Source of the DNA: Vicugna vicugna
Lineage: Eukaryota
Assembly: GCA_013265495.1 (NCBI GenBank)
Contig: MU062559.1
Span: 5,084,215-5,148,214 of the forward strand
Direction of reading: 5' to 3'
Length of the DNA stretch: 64,000 nt
Both the position numbers and the translations under genes were made by a program. Below are positions 60,780 to 64,000 of the stretch, one piece after another; within the stretch, counting starts at the first letter, position 1; every line of letters starts with the position of its first letter. The notes under the pieces were generated by a model. It was not told where the DNA came from and did not search any database. It saw nothing but the letters and a program-made list of their open reading frames with translations.

Positions 60780-63700
60780 TGGGTCACACAGCGTCCGTAG
60801 CCCTGGGAGAGTCAGAGGGGATGCGCGGCAAACCAGACGGACCCAGTGGCACACAGGGAAAGGGGATACTCAGCGGAGGCTGAGAGGAACACCAGCAGGG
60901 GGGGTAGGGTGCAGGGCATCCAGGTAGAGTCGGCGCGGAAGCGCGCAAGGCAGGCGCAGGGCACGGAGGGCTGCGTGCCGGGAAACACTTCCAGCTAGGA
61001 GCGAAGTAGGAAGAGACAGGATGCCCCTGAATGGAACGAATCGTCCATTCCACAGCTGCCTGCGAGCTGGAAAAAGACCAGTCTATGCCCGTGCAGTAGC
61101 TATAGGTCCTCACCCAAGAAAGGTGGAGAGCTTCACACCTTAGAATTTGGGTGGTGGCTGCAAATCGAATTTGGGAGGACTAAAAAGAACTGTCCCCTGA
61201 ACATATACTTTTCTGCTTCCAAAGCGCCTGCAAAAACATTTTGTTATTCGATTTCCCCCAACGTCTTCTGATTTGGGTAAGCTCCCAATTTACAGATGAA
61301 GAAACTGCGGCTCAGAAAGGTCAGGCATCTAACGAATACACGTGTGTTAAGTGGTTAAAAATGCATATTATTCTAATTTGAGACAATTAAATCCTCACCC
61401 TCTGAAGCATCCCAAAACAGAAATTAAAGTGTTTGACTGGTTTGGGGCTGAAATATTCAGCTAAATTCTGCTATACGCATAGGAAATGAAACATGCTGGT
61501 GGCCAAAACCATATCTGGGTCACCGACCTTTGGATAATCTGCTGAAGGCTGCAGGACCCCTCCCCCACCAACAGCAGCTACAATCTCGGCATAGAACCTC
61601 GGGGTTTCCGAGCCCTGGAGCTCTGAAGCTATCCCCGGGCCTTGGAGGTGGGGGAAGCTAGGTTTCTAGCCCTGGAAGGACCCTGGTCGAACTCTGGCCC
61701 ACAGGACTCCTCTCCAGGGGCCATGCATCCGTTTTCTCTCTCTATCCTCCAGAAGGAGGGCGGGCGAGTGTTCCCAGTTTATCCGCAAAAAAAGGAAACC
61801 GAGTCTATACTCAATTCCACGCGCGCGATGAACCCCTACCCAGTGCTCAGGCCCCTGTGCCCCGCTAGCCGCCTTCTCCGCTGACTCCGGTCAAGGACAT
61901 TGCTGGGGTGGGCGCTCAAGCCTCAGCTGCCGCCAGGGTCGAACCCAGCTAGTGGGAAAGTAGGAGACGGAATGCTGCAAAACTGCCGAGGCCATTCCCG
62001 CTAGTTTCCCTTCCCTGGTCGCCTTCCCTCTGAGCTCCCGTTCTGGACCTGCGTCAGCGGGAAGCTGAGAACACCCAGGCGCCCCCGGCCCCAGCTTTTC
62101 GTTTCTCCGGCTCAGCTCCCTCCCTCTCTGATTGACTCCTCCAGGCTGCAGTATCTTGAATCAGATTTTTTAAAAAACCAATTCCTGTAGTTTCTTTTTT
62201 AATTGAAAATTTAATATAAGCATGTGTACACATACACTTCAAACAGTCCAGAAAGACATACAGAAGAAAGTCCCCTGTCCTCTGGCCCCCAGTTCTCCTA
62301 CAGGGAAGCCACCCTTATTTGCTGTGTCTTGGGTCTCCTGACGGAGACTTTTTGTGCATAAAAAAACCTGACACCCAGACACCCCCTCGTTTATATTTTT
62401 ACACAAACAGAAGCCTATGTCGTTTTTCACTTAACACCCAGGATATTTTCCATGATATATAACGGCTATATATTTCCCCCTCACTCTTTAAAAAAGCTAA
62501 ATAGATTCCTATGACGGGATCGCCTTTCATTTTTGTTTTTCTCGTTCTTTCTCTATCGTCTCTTTCACTCCCTGCTCCCCGACACCCGGGAGCGCGAGCT
62601 AAATCTCCGGGGTTCCTGGCTTTTTGAATCGGTACAGAGACCGTGCGCCGCTCGAAGAAAAAACGCACAGACGTACAAACGCACCGTTTTTCTGAAAATG
62701 TCAGGGGATTAGTTGGGTTTCGAACATCCCTACGAGTGTTGACCAACACACATCTAAGATTCTAGAATAAAGCCCCGAGGGCTGGGCCTGGGCCAAGATC
62801 CAAAGACGTCGCTAGCTGTGGCTCCCGACAGCGGACCGCAGCCCCCGGCACGTGGCCCTGCGGGAGGCGGGTGGTGGTGGCGACGAGATCTCGAGGGGCA
62901 GCACCAGGAGTCTGGGATGCAGAGGCCCGTAATGGGGTAGGGGGCGGGCTGGCCGGCGGGCACCAGGAAGGCATCCCGCAGGAGGGGATGTAGGGTCGCG
63001 ACAATGACAATGAGGGATGCGTAGTTTGCAGAGATCTACGGGTCACGAACTACTCTATCCACCTGAGAGGTGGGAGTCACTCTACCCATTTTGCAAATGG
63101 GCAAACTGAGGCTCTGATAGGTGAATCGCTAAAGAAAGCCCAGCTGGTAACTGGATTGGGAGGACCCCTAGGCGGGGCTCCGTCTCACCGAGGTCTGCGT
63201 GTCTTGGGGGCCGAGAGCCAGGGTCACCACCGGGACCCGACCAGTCTGAGCGAGGCCAGTGGCAGAACAGTCGCCGCCCAGACAGCTCTAGGTTAGGGTG
63301 GGGAACCTACCTTCCAGACACCCCTCCCCCCAGCCCTGCCTTGTAGAGTGGAAGGTAGCGGGAGACCGAGGCTTGATGGATGACCTCTTCGCCCAACATC
63401 TTCAGCACAACGGACTGCCATGGAGAGGGCGAGGTTAGGGGTTAGGGAAGCAGAATGGGGCAAGGATCAGGAAAGAACTAAGACGACCAGAGAGACAAGT
63501 CGCAACGTCAAGAAAAAGAAGGGCCGTGTCCGGGGTCAGAGCGAGAGGCGCCGAGTCTTCCAGATTGGAGTAGGCAAGGTTATCCTTCCTAAAGATTTAG
63601 GGGTCTTTCCTAAGCCTGACCCGAGGGTCGAAGAACCCAGAACTTGGCATCCAGGATACACAGCTTGGGGCGGAGTTGGATGTTGATTGGGAAGCAGAAA

Positions 63701-64000
63701 GGCTCTTTGTATTGGGAGGATATAGCCTCGGCCAGAGAGACGTTCGACCAGAGGGGTGAAGGCAGGATGCAGGTGGGCGTAGGGTGAGAGGGGCAGGGCA
63801 GCAAAGTGAGGATCTGAGGTCGCCCTGAGCCATCTCCCCCGCTGCCAGCTCCTGGAGCCGAAAGGGATCCGCAGTATCGGGTCCCCAGGGGCCGCCCCCT
63901 CACCGTAGAGGTCCAGCTCTGGTTACCGGCCAGGCCCTCTCCCTAAAATATGTATGAGTCCTTGTGGGTGCAGTTTCGCGTCCCCTCCCGGAGTGGGGTT
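60780..64000. promoter_or_regulatory. CpG-rich regulatory region (patches at ~60.8-61.1, 61.8-62.1 and 62.5-64.0 kb); probable upstream region of the miR-183/96/182 cluster
   Basis: High CpG density is seen directly and no coding homology was recognised. The miRNA link rests on recalled human/mouse synteny downstream of UBE2H; I did not find the hairpins in this window. Confidence 0.6.
62185..62470 (-). mobile_element. Degenerate L1ME-like fragment
   Basis: ttcaaacagtccagaaagacatacagaagaaag...tatttttacacaaacagaagcct...tttcacttaaca...gatattttccatg. Confidence 0.55.

Noticed and set aside
63427-63460. Telomere-like GGTTAGGGGTTAGGG / G-quadruplex
   Set aside because: Only two TTAGGG units and loops of 8-9 nt; too short for an interstitial telomeric repeat and a marginal G4.
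1-64000. CRISPR array, rRNA, NUMT, intact ERV or prokaryotic-type system
   Set aside because: No regularly spaced repeat-spacer structure, no rRNA or mitochondrial sequence recognised, no gag/pol/env ORFs; the content is ordinary mammalian gene plus intergenic DNA.

Overview
Mammalian genomic DNA, most likely camelid, judged from four copies of a tRNA-Ala-derived Vic-1-type SINE. The left ~24 kb is the 3' half of UBE2H on the + strand. Two internal coding exons are visible: 836-875 (GFMNKIFHPNIDEA) and 2196-2248 (SGTVCLDVINQTWTALY, with the catalytic Cys). The start of the terminal exon is visible from 19387 ([29 protein letters not shown]), followed by a long 3' UTR with several AATAAA signals. 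The penultimate exon and the stop codon fall inside N runs. At least one N run (34803-34934) is demonstrably a base-for-base mask rather than an estimated gap. The remaining ~40 kb shows no convincing protein-coding gene. It holds old L1M/L2/MIR/MLT1/hAT/Tigger repeats, an orphan CpG island at ~27.0-27.7 kb, several CTCF-like motifs, and a CpG-rich region from ~60.8 kb to the window end. By recalled human/mouse synteny (UBE2H - miR-183/96/182 - NRF1), that last region should be the upstream regulatory region of the miR-183/96/182 cluster; I did not find the miRNA hairpins in the window. I see no novel protein-coding system. The best leads are non-coding: a candidate spliced + strand lncRNA from the orphan CpG island (donor 27300, strong branch point/acceptor 33336-33366), candidate poison exons in the long UBE2H intron, a possible CTCF-bounded enhancer domain, and a possible divergent lncRNA at the right end. 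Repeat subfamily names come from memory of consensus sequences, and repeat boundaries are approximate.
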